NCBI GenBank assembly: GCA_964106915.2
Contig: OZ066918.1
Strand: one strand, 5' to 3'
DNA length: 64,000 nucleotides
Origin: Podarcis gaigeae
Lineage: Eukaryota
In this document: in pieces, positions 35,901-48,976 of the stretch
Position numbering within the stretch: the stretch's first letter is position 1
Layout: each line of letters opens with the position of its first letter
Notes under the pieces: model-generated
Told to the model about the DNA's origin: nothing
The model's input: the letters and a program-made list of their open reading frames with translations, nothing else
The model's database searches: none
Made by a program: the position numbers and the translations under genes

Positions 35901-37989
35901 GAGTGATTTGTTCGTATAACTTCCCACTTCCACTGAATTCTTCAGAGTCTAATAACTATTTTCTTACCATTTGGCAATTGGCGCTTTGCTGCAAAAGCCC
36001 TTGTTTGAACAATGAAAAAAAGAGTTTAATAATCTTGTCTCTGGAAATGACTTGGGGGAAGACTGTGCTCTTGGATTTCGTTGTTGTGTTTTTACTACAA
36101 TAATATCTTTCTCTGATAAATCATGTAATTATTGACTACAGAGGTGGGAAAGAAATCTTATTGAACATTTAGATTCTCCAATTAAAGTGCTGGTGTGCTG
36201 AAAGATGAGATCTTTTGGATGAATTGTGAAATAACTTTTTATTTAGACCATGCAATTGCAAAAGCCATCCATTGGTATAGATGGCAAACTTGGAAGCCCT
36301 CAGGGATTCAAAGGATTAAGAGTAGGCCCACTTGATCCTGACATTGGAAGGACCTGTGGACCATTTTATTCATTGCATAGGAACCAACCCTGGGCTTGGT
36401 AAATGCATTCAGCAGAGAGCTGCACCAATTCCCGTCCTCTGAATGTTGTGATACAATGTGTGTGTTGGTCATGTTCGTCTTTTGTACCTTTGGGCATAAC
36501 CTAAAAATGTGAGACCTTAAGATGTTTGTCAGTCAAAGAGATACAGAGTTGTGAATATACCCTGCGCTGCTATGGAACATAGATATGAAGCAGTTTCTGC
36601 TAGTTTAAAACAGGTAAATTTTTAGTCTTTATGGCTGCAGAGAGAAGGTTGGCCAAGCATTACAGTGTTTATTGAAAAGAAGACAGACCCATTTCATACT
36701 TTGCTCATTGTTTCTGTATTTTAGATACTGCCTCCTTACCACCTCAGACCACCTCAAAATATTCTGATTTCCCCCACAGATTATGAAAATACAATGTTTT
36801 ACACTTCATGTATTTTTTAAGTGGTACTCCAGACAGTCTCTCCACATCCATAGCAACATCTGGGGGTGGTAATTTGGACCTTTGTCTGGCGATAGATGCT
36901 GCTTTGCATCGCCGAGCTCCTCTCATTGCATTTCTGCTCCTGACATGATTTGAAGCGGTCATACGTTGGTAGATATTTTTTTCCCATTAGTGTGTTGCTA
37001 TAGGCTGCTTAACACTCATCTCAAACAGCTTTTGCAAGGTTAAAGGAATGTGGCTTGGTAACAAGTTTGTGTCATTTTAAATATATACCTTCCAGTAAAT
37101 AAGGAGGAGCCTAGCAATCAATCCCTTTTAGTGTGTTATATGTTTCACCTGACAACTAAACCCTCTATTGATTAGCCATTACTTTGTTGGATAATCCTGT
37201 GTCATTGAAGCCACTGTAAAAATTAAACTCTTTAAAATGTTTTACCCTAGCAGCAGTGTGAAAATTGAAAACTTGTTCAGAATTATAGCCAGCTTTCACC
37301 AAAAGGGTAGTTTTCAACAAACTGGTTTATGCTTGCATTCTTTATATGCAGTATAAAACCGTATTAAAGCACTCCAACGCAAAGCTATCTGCCTCTGGCT
37401 CAGTATCTGGCTGCCATTTCAAACAGTGCTTCCTGTGGCCTAGAAATGGCCTCTCTTGGTGATTGGGGAGGAGATGCTTGGACAGTTCGGGTTTCTGAGC
37501 TAGAATTGAATCAGAAATCCTTTTATAGCCAAAACATGGAGTTTGGACTTCTGTAGAATGATCAATAATGTAACAATGCTTTGTGAATCTCACAAAGGAA
37601 TTCAACATGAGGTAATGACAGGGGTGGCAGCGTTTGGGTGATGAAAAATTGAAACCTTCTAATCAATTTAAAAGGTGCCCCTGATTAATTGGGCAGCAGA
37701 TTTAATGAAAATGTTTTTATGCCTTTTTAAACACTGTGGCTTGCATCTTAGTAGAGGCATTCCTCCTAAGCTTTCACACAGAAGGGGATGCACAAGATAT
37801 TGCCTGCTTCAACATATGTGGGCATATTCCAAGAACAAATTATGTGTCTATTCCTCTGTGACTGTGGCTGAAAACGCAATATTATCTGTATGACATACTC
37901 TCTCAGAGAGATGCTACCCTTAAATTTTACAAAACCACAAAGAGCTTGGGGTCAGGTTATTCGGAAGATCTCCTTTTTCTGTATATATA

Positions 37990-38352
37990 CCTACCTACCC
38001 GATGAGGCAGACAGTTACTAGGAAGAGGGTCTTCTCAGTGGTGGCACCCAATTATGGAACATGCTTTATAAAGAGACTTGCTTGGTGTCAGCCTTGCAGC
38101 CTTTTTGGCAATAGGTTAAAGCCTTTTTATGCATCCAGGCCATTAAAAAAATCCCACGAGTTGTTCAATCTGGCCATCTTAGCCTTAGGATCCATGCTTT
38201 ATTGTTTCTCTTTGAGAAGCAGATTTTTTATGCTACTTTTATTATTTTACATTTTATTCTTAATATTTTATTTTATTTTTTAAATTTCTGTGAGCTGCTT
38301 GGACAACGTATGTTATTGGGTAGCAGTAAAAATGCGGTAAGTAAATAAATAA
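37990..38352 (+). mobile_element. L2-like LINE 3' end
   Basis: RVFSVVAP-like motif, T-rich 3' UTR, tgtgagctgcttgg...(TAAA)n tail. Confidence 0.7.
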
Positions 38353-39116
38353 GCAGTTGTTCAAGCTTCCTCAAGAATCATTGAGCCCAGAAGCAGAAAG
38401 GTTTACGTGGCAGTGCTTTGTTTTGTCCAAAGTGAAATAGGAAGGAGCCAAATCCACTATGGAGCACCCTTCCTCATGCTTTGAATTTTTGCTCCTTCAC
38501 AGGAATATTAAAAACACTTTTGCTTCTTGTTGCTGCTGGGTTTTTTGGGATGGAATGCAAAGAGGATCTTTTGCTTTTTTGGTTTTTATTTAGATTTGTG
38601 CTCCATTGTGTGTTTTAGTTTTCTGTAAACCACATTGAAATACTCTTGGAATGTACACCTTTGTAGAAATTAAGTAAATAATAGCTTCGGTTCCCCAGGA
38701 AAATAATAACCTTGTGGAGAACAGAGTGTTACCACCTACCCCACATTTTAACAATTGACAAAATGAGCTTTTGCAGGTGGTGGGGGAGGTTGGGTCTCTG
38801 CTTTAAACCACTGCTGTAGAAGAGTTTGGAGTTGGAATATTCCCCCGCCCTTAGATTTCTTAATTTAAGAACTTGGAGGTGCATTTTTTTTCATGGTCCT
38901 TGAAATGTAAGGCTCTTGATTTAAGCAGTACAAATCCCTGTAGGGCAGACTTGACCATTGTGTATGATATCTCTGTATGACTATATAATGCAGGCTGTCT
39001 GCTTTAAAAGTAGAAGCCCATGAATGCAATTAGTTGCTCTAAATACATGAAACACCTTACCTTTAGAACAAATACAGTTCCATTATCCAAACCATTATTT
39101 CCTTTCTTCTTCACAG

Positions 39117-39206
39117 ACCTATAATAGCTGTGCCAGGCTCTGCATCAACCAGGAAGCAGTTTGCTTAGGGAGCACTGCTATGAAGACTGAAAACTGTGTG
39201 GCCAAA
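39117..39206 (+). CDS. BTRC: BTRC exon 4, 90 nt, TYNSCARLCINQEAVCLGSTAMKTENCVAK
   Basis: Acceptor tttcctttcttcttcacAG and consensus donor GTAAGT at 39207; phase 0/0. Matches recalled human TYNSCARLCLNQETVCLASTAMKTENCVAK. Confidence 0.97.
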
Positions 39207-41800
39207 GTAAGTAAAGCTGCAACTGTCATTCTTGTACCAGGTCAATAAGCTGCAAATTCTCTCTTCATTGGAGAGGCAATTTAATACTGTGCTTTCTGAA
39301 TGTATCCGTGTAAACCTAATTGAGTCCATAGGGTCTTATGGGAACTTGTGTAGTCATTTATCGGTAATGCACATTTTTTTGTTTTAATCCTAAGAATCCC
39401 TGCCTCATTAGTTCCCTGCCTGTAAAGGAAAAAGGTGAGATATAAATAAATATAATAATTATAATAATAATCATTAGTTTTTGAAATTAGGGTGATAATA
39501 TGGTGAAAAATTAGAAATTAAAGTTGAAAATCCTAGTGGTTTTTTTTTTTAATCTTATGATTTGTTGGGCCCTTTTAAACAAAAAATGTGCCAAATGTAT
39601 CTTAGCAATAGCCATGTAAATACGAGAAATGCACGACTCAACTGTTGCACCTCCAACTGGTGGTTTATTTATTTTTATGCTGTCTTTGTCCAAGCAAGTT
39701 GTCCATGTTTGCTTCCAGCAGAGAGAGGCAGCTGAGTGGGTTTTCAGATTGTAGGGCTGCAATCCTGCCTCCTTTCTGAATTTAAGCCCCTGCAATTTTA
39801 GACAGGGAGCATATGATATTCTCATACCCCCCCTGCTGGCTACTGTCTCAAGTCACACAACTGGAGCCGAGGTGGGGGATTTGATTCACATACGGAGACA
39901 TTGTCAGTGGGTTAGAAGGGCGGTGTTGAAGACGCATCTGATTTTAAAACAAAGCACTTTCCAAGGGATGGTGGATTGGGTATGTTCCCTTATGCATTGC
40001 CACATCAAAAGAGACATTCTCAGGGAAATGTGCATCCTGTCTTTGGCTTCCCCTGCAACTAAATATAACTCCCATAAAATAAGAACCGTGTCTGAGGGAT
40101 TGTGAATGACTGGAAAACATTCCAGCCACGATACAGTGTATATAAAAAGGGCATGTTTAGCCTTGCTTAAGCTTCATGTTTCCATTGGAAGGAAGTTCAG
40201 GATAGCCCTGCAGGACAGATCAGTGCATGCAGCCATCTGTTAGCAAAACCAGCTGGCGCTTTTGCAGCATCTCTCCCCCTCCTCTTCCCACCCCCAACAA
40301 AATGGCTGGTAGAGAAATGATTGCCCTCTTCTCCCTCCTCATTCCTTGGGATTTCTTCCTGTAATGCCTTCCCCCCAGAATATGTATTCTTGCTCTAGAT
40401 TGATGCCATATCCAAGAAACCTTTCTTTAACTTTACTCAAATATAAAAAATAATCCCTTTGGCAGACAGTAATGCCATGCAAATTCTCTCCACCTTTCTG
40501 TAAAACTGCCTGTCGCATACAACGTTTCTCCTCAAGTGTGTCATTCTATAGAATCCAACATCCATTTATGTATGGTGCCAATGTGTGAGCAGTCTGAGCA
40601 AATCGCTCAGTGTGCATAACTCTGTGGGAAGCTTGCTTAACCCCAGACAGAATGAAATTCTCCCTAAGGCCAGATAGATACCTCTGTTTGAATTTTGGCA
40701 TTCAGTAGTATACATAATGTTACTCTAGAGGACCAAGCTGTATGGCGTCACACCCTCTGTACAATTGTGCGTGTCTCTGTATGCTTTTGCATAGTTTGCA
40801 GCTTAGTGTGGTAGGAGCTTCAGCGAGCTGGTCAGACAAAAGACTTAAGTCATAGTTTAGTATTGTGGTAGCAAACCTCAGCAGGCCTTATGCTTGCTTT
40901 CTCCTTCTCCTCCTCAGGGGCAGCTACAAGGAAGAGTTTGGAAGGTTTTTGCTTCTGTTTTAGATTAACCACAGCTCGCCTTGTTGTCTAACCTCTGTGA
41001 AGCTGTGATTAATTTTAACTTTGGCTTATTTATTATTATTTTTCTAGTTCTAATAATTTATACATAGTTTCATACTGCAGTTGTATTGTGTACAATAGGT
41101 GTTATGGAGGGATACAGCATAAAAATAGTTAAAATAAACCATAAGATTCGGGGGGGGGGGCTGCTGAAAGTCTTTACCAAGCATAAAATGTTTACCAAGC
41201 ATCAGGGAGCAGGCTGCCTTATTTCAGCTTGGAGGGAGCTCCTCAGAATTGGACTCACAATACTGAATGCACAACCAGTAGTTTGTGAAGCTGGCTTATT
41301 TCTGCTGAAACTGATTAACCACTGTTTAGGGTTCAGATGATTCATAAACTGTGGTTAACATAAAACAGTAACAAAAAATTCCAGTGTCCTCCTCGTGTCC
41401 ACAGGAGAGTGTGCAAGCCATGACATACATATCAAGCAAGTAAGTGCAAAGAGCGTAGCTTAGGGTGCAGCTAGGTGATGTAGTGGCATGGTGGGTCTTT
41501 TGCAGTAAGACTCGGGAAATGTTGGTGGAGCCCAAGTCTCTGCAGTCCCTGTTCCATGTGCTGGATGAGTCCAGTGGAGCAATTAAAATGTGATGATACA
41601 GGGTCAGAGTTCAGGCTCATAATTTTTGGGGGGATGGAGGCCTTGTGGTTGTCTTTTTCCTAATACTCTGAAAAATATGGCAATGTCCAGTCCTTCTATG
41701 GCAGATGGGGGACATCAGCTCTGTAATGCAAATGCATCTTCTTAGTTGAGAAGCGTTTTGTGTAGTGTTGTATCCAAACTGATGCCTTGATTCTTACTTG

Positions 41801-42130
41801 AAAGGTAAAGGGTAAAGGGACCCCTGACAATTTAGTCCAGTCGCGAATGACTCTGGGGTTGCGGCGCTCATCTCGCTTTACAGGCTGAGGAAGCCAATGT
41901 TCGTCTGCTTCCGCAGACAGTTTTTCCGGGTCATGTGGCCAGCATGACTAAACCGCTTCTGGCAAAACCAGAGCAGCGCACGGAAATGCCGTTTACCTTC
42001 CCGCTGGAGCGGTACCTATTTATCTACTTGCACTGCATGCTTTCCAATTGCTAGGTTGGCAGGAGCAGGGACCGAGCAATGGGAGCTCACCCCATCGCAG
42101 GGATCCGAACCTCCGATCAGCAAGCCCAAG
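41801..42130 (-). mobile_element. Sauria SINE, 5'-truncated
   Basis: aaaggtaaagggtaaagggacccctgac tail and a body clearly homologous to 10536-10887; the A-box end is missing. Confidence 0.92.
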
Positions 42131-44939
42131 CGGCACACTTATTTTTCTACAAATGGGTGTTTCTCCCTCCCCCCTTTTTCTGCAAGCATATAGCTGTCTT
42201 CTTGGAAACCCCCTTCAGGTTCTTGGTTTCAAATTCTCAGCCTGAAATTATAAAATAGCTTGGCAGAGTTTTCCCTGCATGCGCTTCCTCTAGCAGTAAA
42301 CTTTTCTTCTACGCAGAACTCATCCGTTTGACCAGAAGTTGTGTGTGGATGGCAGGAAATCACAAGGGAGCTGCACTTACTAAAAGTAGTTTGTAGCACC
42401 TTTAATTAAAGGTGTGCCCTCAAAATGGTCGCCCACAAAAATTAGAACTCTGTTAATTTCCCCTGGGATCTTGACAAACATCTATGAGAAGAAAGCTGGA
42501 GACAAAAATTAGGTAATGAATCCTCGTCTCTGATAAAAGATATGGCCCTTCCAAGCACTGCTGCACCAGAGTGTTTATTCTTGGGCACATATTTTGCATA
42601 TTTGTGTATTGCTGCGAGTGGTGTTCTTAAAATGTGTGGGGAAGCATTGAACTCTCATAGGAAGTAGATATTTCTCATGATGGTGTGTATAGACGAGAAC
42701 TGCATTACTAGTTCAAAACCTTTTGAAAGTGGAGTTGACATGGGATATGCATTGCCAAATATCCTGAAGACTAAACAAACCACTTTGCAGAGATTCAATA
42801 TTGTAGTATCTGTGAATATATCACTAGTTTGCTTTATAGGTGAAATTCAGTGGGTATAAATTGAAACTTAAAGTTCTTGTGGGCCTCCCTTTGTACAGAG
42901 GAATCTGTTCCCTTTTGTAGCCCTCAACATCACTCTGCCTTTCCAAAATGAATATTCAAAACTGGCCCAAAAGAATGCATTTTTAAAAAACAGTGTAGGG
43001 TACATTTAGATGTGGAGATTGTTGCATTACTTTTTTCTAGTTGCAATGTTAGCACTTCTGTCCTCGTTTCTAATGTTACTGCATTAACTGTTGTGTTCTG
43101 AAACTGTGGCTTTCCATATACTGCCGTGTTACACTAAATTCCATTCACACCAGTGAACATGGTGTGACACAACAGTGGACATCATCAAACATGCCGCCAC
43201 TTTTTATGTGCATGCACTCTTCTGTTCCCCTGTGATTCACCCAGGAAGCTGGCAGGAAAGAACTGAGTGCCAGAATACTGCCCTAAATTTCATCACATAA
43301 GCAGCAGTGAAAACCACAGGGAAATTTCAGTACAAAACTCCTGTGATTATCCAGGTTAATGGGGTTGCAAACAGATTTTTTTCTGGAAGCATTTTGCGTG
43401 CAAATGAGTGCTAAACTTTCACTAGATTTCCTGAATTGACATGTGAAAGATCACCTAAAACACTAAAATTATCAGGTAAGGAAAATGGAATAAAGTGCTG
43501 TCTGAAGGCAGCCATAGTAAATTCCTGACACTTGTTGACATAGGAAGATTCTAAGAAGATTTAAAGAAGAATGAAGTAGCTATATAGCTGGTAATGATCT
43601 GCAAACCCAGTCTGCCAAATCTTTTAAAAGGGATATAAAATCTCAGATGGAGTTTAAGCTGGTATCTAACCATCAGCATGCATCTGTCAACTGCAGAAGC
43701 CGTTCAGCATGTTGGCAGTATTAAAATTATAGCTACCATCAGACACAAGGTAGACCAGGCATTAGAGCCAGTCTTTGGTTTCCTAGGATTATAGGAGATA
43801 TGAATTTCAGGTTGTAGACTCCTCTGTCTCCTTTAAAGGATCCTTTCATTTAGTTTCAACAGACTTCTCTGTCTTACTAATTCAGCACCTTAGAACAGTA
43901 TGGACTAGGTGTTGTGCCGAACTTTCTTTGATAAGGCATCCTCACAACTTTTTACTGGAGCTCAAGGACAGGCAAGGTGTTGCTTTCACTGGCGCAGTGA
44001 AAGCCAGCCAGGCAAGCAGCTGTTCTGTTATTTAGTAAGCTTGGCTCTTCAAGCTATGTATTGGTGACTGTGATCACTTTAGCTATCCGGTAGAATGGTA
44101 CACAGCTAAAAATGCCTGCTAGTGAAGTGTCCCACTTTGGGGATGCAGAACACCTGGACAGATAGGAAAAGTTCCAGAAAGGGGATGGGGTTCTCAGACA
44201 GGTAGACCTTTTCCTTCCCCTCATCATCCAAGACACGGCTGAGTTGAATGCTCTCTAGCATTGAATCTTAGGAAGTCACTGCTTTCCCACTTGCTCCATC
44301 ATCCCTATATGAATTGGAAGGAGTTGCTTTGCCGCAACAGTTTTCTCCTGGTGGGCTGCTTTCCTTCAGAGGAGTTGGATATGTCTTGTTCTGTCATTCA
44401 TGCTGATGCATGTGTTGAATTAGTTTCCTACTTCGCAGATCTTTTGAACACGTGCAGCAGGCTTTGTGCACATGACTCCACACCCCCTGCTATGAGTAGA
44501 TAGTTGGCTGGTGGTGGTGGTGGGTGGGCAGAAGGTAGACTGTATTAGAAGGTGAACCTGAAATCAAAAACACTAGCTTGAGAAACTCTGAGTTTAGTGC
44601 TCCTGAGATTTTCGGACCCTGAGAATGTTCAGGCCCTTCAATGTGCACATAAGGTCTTGACCAGTCTTGTTGGGATCTCCCTGGAGGTGTCTTGCCAACC
44701 TTTTTCTTAAGTGAAGTACCATTTATCTATTGTGACTTTTCTGTGTTCAGTACTGGGGGGGGGGGGTGTTCCGCTTTTCTTTCTGTTGGACTCTGCTATG
44801 GTCTATATTGTGCCCAGGTTCATGTTTCCTTTATAATTATGGTTGAACAAACCTAATACTGCCTTCCAGGAACTGATGCATTTCCATTGTGATGCTGTAC
44901 TTGGCTCAAAATTGTTCTTTAACTTGTGGAATTAGAATC

Positions 44940-44942
<3 letters not shown>

Positions 44943-44992
<50 letters not shown>

Positions 44993-45012
44993 ACACACAC
45001 ACACACACACAC
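44943..45012. repeat. Compound (TC)n(AC)n microsatellite
   Basis: About 47 nt of TC repeat, one G, then 22 nt of AC repeat. Confidence 0.97.
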
Positions 45013-46344
45013 TTATCTTTGGGAGATAATTTTCAAATGGAAATAAAAAGTGTTATAACTAATGTAAAACTGAGATGAAGTTTACTTAATACCCACAAGT
45101 ATTCTGCCTCCATGAAGCATAATTAAAATCATCCGAAGGGTTAGGCTTTTCAGTTTCTTTACAGTGGCACGTTGGTCATAATCTAAGTATGAGGCTATTT
45201 TGCCTTAATTTGGAATATTTTACATTTTCACAGTCTCCCCCTTCCCCCACCCCTAGTCAGAGTTATTTGCAAAGGGATTGAAGAAAGAATGTGCACGTCT
45301 CCCCTCCCTTTCCCCTTCCCACATTCTCCAGATTTTGATAGAAGATTTGTTTTATTTATTTCCAAAATTATATCCGCAGGAAACAAGCCGTTTAAATTCA
45401 GATTATGCTGAATCAAAATGGTGCTGGTATGAGAAGCAACGTGCTGTTTTATGAGCACGGAGTCCCTTTTCTCATAACTGATTGATAGTAAATATTTTCC
45501 TGAAGAGTTATTGCCAGCCATGAACAGTGCAACTGTTTCACTGGGTTTTTTTTCTCCTGTAGTACTTGCTGTACCAGCCATTGTCTGTAATTAAGATCTA
45601 CAATTCACAATGCAGACGTTTGCACTTCCTCTGGGTCTGAGCTATTTATAAGGTATTTCAGCTGTTCAGAGTTTCTTTTGAGTGCTAAACTACATGTAAA
45701 CAGGCATTTTTCTTTCTCCAGTATGCACACATTGTATATCAGTTGCCTTTATTTTAGCCTTCTCCTGTCTTGGAAGCTACTTTACATGTTGGGTTCATCA
45801 TGAAATAAATAAGGGTAGAAATAGTTCTCTCCACCCCCAACCTCCACTCCAGTGATTTTTACAAACCATTGCACCCTCCCCCAGCCTGTTTTCAACCAAG
45901 GACCTCTTAAATGCTAGGGATACCCAGCCACTTTTGCCATTAATGGTTCTACTGAATTAACAGATGAGTAGCAAAAGAGTGGCATGCTAAAGCTTTCAAC
46001 CTTATAGAACTGGAGGTAGAAATAAAAAAATCTCATGATTCAGTCTTCCTTCAACCCACTTCTGTCTCCCTTACGAAAATATGCAGTTATCTGTGAGTTA
46101 CTTGACACAGACAAGATTTTCCTTGGTGATCATAGGGAGAAACTATACACATCCTCATGTGCAACGATCATGTGTCGATTTAACAACTTATGTCTGAAAG
46201 CAAGCATAATTAAAAAGGGCGATATTTATGCATGTTTCATTGGTAATGTACCATTTGTGGTCTTCTGAACCGAACACCGCCTGTTGACCTTGCAGATGTA
46301 GATTTAAACCACAGCTCAGCAGTGGAATTCATGGACAAGTTATA

Positions 46345-46677
46345 TAATAATTATTATTATTTATTATTTATACCCCGCCCATCTGGCTGGGTTTCCCCAG
46401 CCACTCTGTGCAGCTTCCAACTGAATATTAAAAGCACAATACAGCATTAAACATTAAAAACTTCCCTAAACAGGGCTGCCTTCAGATGTCTTTTAAAAGT
46501 AAGATAGTTGTTTATTTCCTTGACATCTGATGGAAGGGCGTTCCACAGGGCGGGCGCCACTACCGAGAAGGCCCTCTGCTCGGTTCCCTGTAACTTCGCT
46601 TCTTGCAGTGAGGGAACCGCCAGAAGGCCCTTGGCGCTGGACCTCAGTGTCTGGGCTGAACAATGGGGGTGGAGACG
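46345..46677 (-). mobile_element. L2-clade LINE 3' end, well preserved
   Basis: The minus frame reads TLRSSAKGLLAVPSLQEAKLQGTEQRAFSVVAPALWNALPSDVKEINNYLTFKRHLKAALFRE, followed by an (AAT)n-type tail. Confidence 0.88.
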
Positions 46678-46883
46678 TTAGTTGCCTTAGTTTTCCTATC
46701 TGTAAAGTGGGGAGAACAATGGTGTATTTCATGAAATGGTGGCAAAAATCCACTTCCTGGGCGTAAGTCGTCAAGCTGGAACATCTGAGTGACCTTTTTG
46801 GATAACAGCCTAGTGTGCTGCAGGAACATCACCAGACCTAGAAATCTGAGGGAAGAATTTTGGAAGGGAAACTCTGTTCTAGC

Positions 46884-47003
46884 TACAGATAGGTAGCCGT
46901 GTTGGTCTGCCATAGTCAAAACACAAAAAAATCCTTCCAGTAGCACCTTAAAGACCAACTAAGTTACTTCTTGGTATGAGCTTTCGTGTGCATGCACACT
47001 TCT
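46884..47003 (-). mobile_element. Penelope-like element terminal fragment with partial hammerhead ribozyme
   Basis: gtagccgtgttggtc...gtagcaccttaaagaccaac...gagctttcgtgtgcatgcacacttc; 11-bp TSD TCTGTT(C/T)TAGC (46873-83, 47004-14). Confidence 0.8.
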
Positions 47004-47255
47004 TCTGTTTTAGCCTTATCCGCTCTTTGGCTAAGTTGAGAGCAAGTTTACATGGGTCTGGATCAGCTCAGAAAGGCTCTTGTGTCTTTGTCCCTAGGAG
47101 GAGTAATAATGAGAAGCAAGTTCCTCATCAGGCATGTACTGCAGCATTGCCCGCTGATGCATGCCGGATCACCCGCACACAGGGATCACGTGACCACTCC
47201 AAAAGTCAAACGATCAATTCGCCTCGTTTTGGCTCTGTAGTTAATGCACAAACAG

Positions 47256-47611
47256 NNNNNNNNNNNNNNNNNNNNNNNNNNNNNNNNNNNNNNNNNNNNN
47301 NNNNNNNNNNNNNNNNNNNNNNNNNNNNNNNNNNNNNNNNNNNNNNNNNNNNNNNNNNNNNNNNNNNNNNNNNNNNNNNNNNNNNNNNNNNNNNNNNNNN
47401 NNNNNNNNNNNNNNNNNNNNNNNNNNNNNNNNNNNNNNNNNNNNNNNNNNNNNNNNNNNNNNNNNNNNNNNNNNNNNNNNNNNNNNNNNNNNNNNNNNNN
47501 NNNNNNNNNNNNNNNNNNNNNNNNNNNNNNNNNNNNNNNNNNNNNNNNNNNNNNNNNNNNNNNNNNNNNNNNNNNNNNNNNNNNNNNNNNNNNNNNNNNN
47601 NNNNNNNNNNN
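47256..47611. other. N block, 356 nt (probable masked ultraconserved element)
   Basis: Run of N in intron 4 with CpG-retaining unique flanks. Confidence 0.65.
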
Positions 47612-48976
47612 GCACGTTTCTCCGACTGTGGCATGGCGCACCATTTTCCATGCAGGAATTCTGAGGAGTAAAGCTTGGCAAAGCCTCTCTAAAGAGGAGT
47701 CCATTAGGAGAGGAGGGGCCAAGCAGTACTGAGAACCATACTGCTCTGATTTACCCCGTATGGTAGAAAAACTCAAAACGGCTTGTAAAAAAGAAATTAG
47801 TCAAAAGCAACAAAGAAAAGCCCAGGACAGATTTTTTTTCTTCTTATTTCTTAAAATTAAAAATAATGGTTAACACAAGAGATTGCTATGTTCTACTAAA
47901 AATGAGGCGGTGCCCTAAAGGAGTCAAAACTGCCCAAGAGAGATTTTCTCTCTCTCTCTCTCTGGAATCCACCAATTTGTGTTTCTGTTGCTTGTTGCTG
48001 TGCTTAGATTTGGAACCGTTATCTTTGAATTTCCCTGGTTGGATTTAACTTTTTTAGTGAAATATTGTGCATCCTCACTGTTCTGTTGGAGTCTTTACAA
48101 AGAGCTAATTTAGATATTTGTATAGAATTCATTTTCATGTCCTGTCTGCCACAGAACAAGACTGTTACTGCAACTGATGTGCCTGCCATATAAGGATTCT
48201 TGTTTTGTTTCTATACAAATGCTTCATTTAGTCATATGGTTGTGGAAGCTTTGAATCATGGTACACAACACTAGTTTCTGTCAGTTATATCAGCACTCAG
48301 CACTGCTGTGGAACTATAGTCTCCTCTAACCTCTGAGAAGGTCTCTTTCCATGTATTGTTGAGGCACCAGGTAGCAGCACAAAGCCATCTCTGCAGAAGG
48401 TCCTGGTTGAACTTGCTGCCTTATCGATCAAGTAAAGCTGTAGAGTCTTTTGACCTTCAGAGAATCTGCTGGGTACTCACAACAAGATGTCTGACCTTGG
48501 GAGCAGCTCTTGAGAACGTAGAACGTTATTGATGTGTCTTGTGTACCTTGTTGGGCTAAGATACTGCTTAATATGATATTTTGAGTTGCAGAAGTGCAGG
48601 GGTTTTTGTGTTGGCTGTTTTATTGATTGCCATATTTCAATTTTAAAGCACATTTGTGTTAAATCTGGTCAGAAGGTTACACAGTTGTCTGCCCTTGGTA
48701 TTGTATGCAAATTCACATTCAGATTTGCAGGATGGCCTTTCCTAATGCCCGAACTGCAACATTTTCATTGTTCCTAATCTGCTGTACACATCAAGATGCC
48801 AATTAACTGTGTCAGGGCAGCAAGCTTTCTGCTGCTCCTGGAATTAGTCTAATAAATACTGCCTCTCAGCTGAAGCCTCTTTCTTTCCGTTTGAAAAGAA
48901 AATGCTATCTTACTTTGCTGGAGCTGCACATCAATAAGCTGCAGTGTCCTAATAAAGCCACTCAGTGTCTAGGTTT

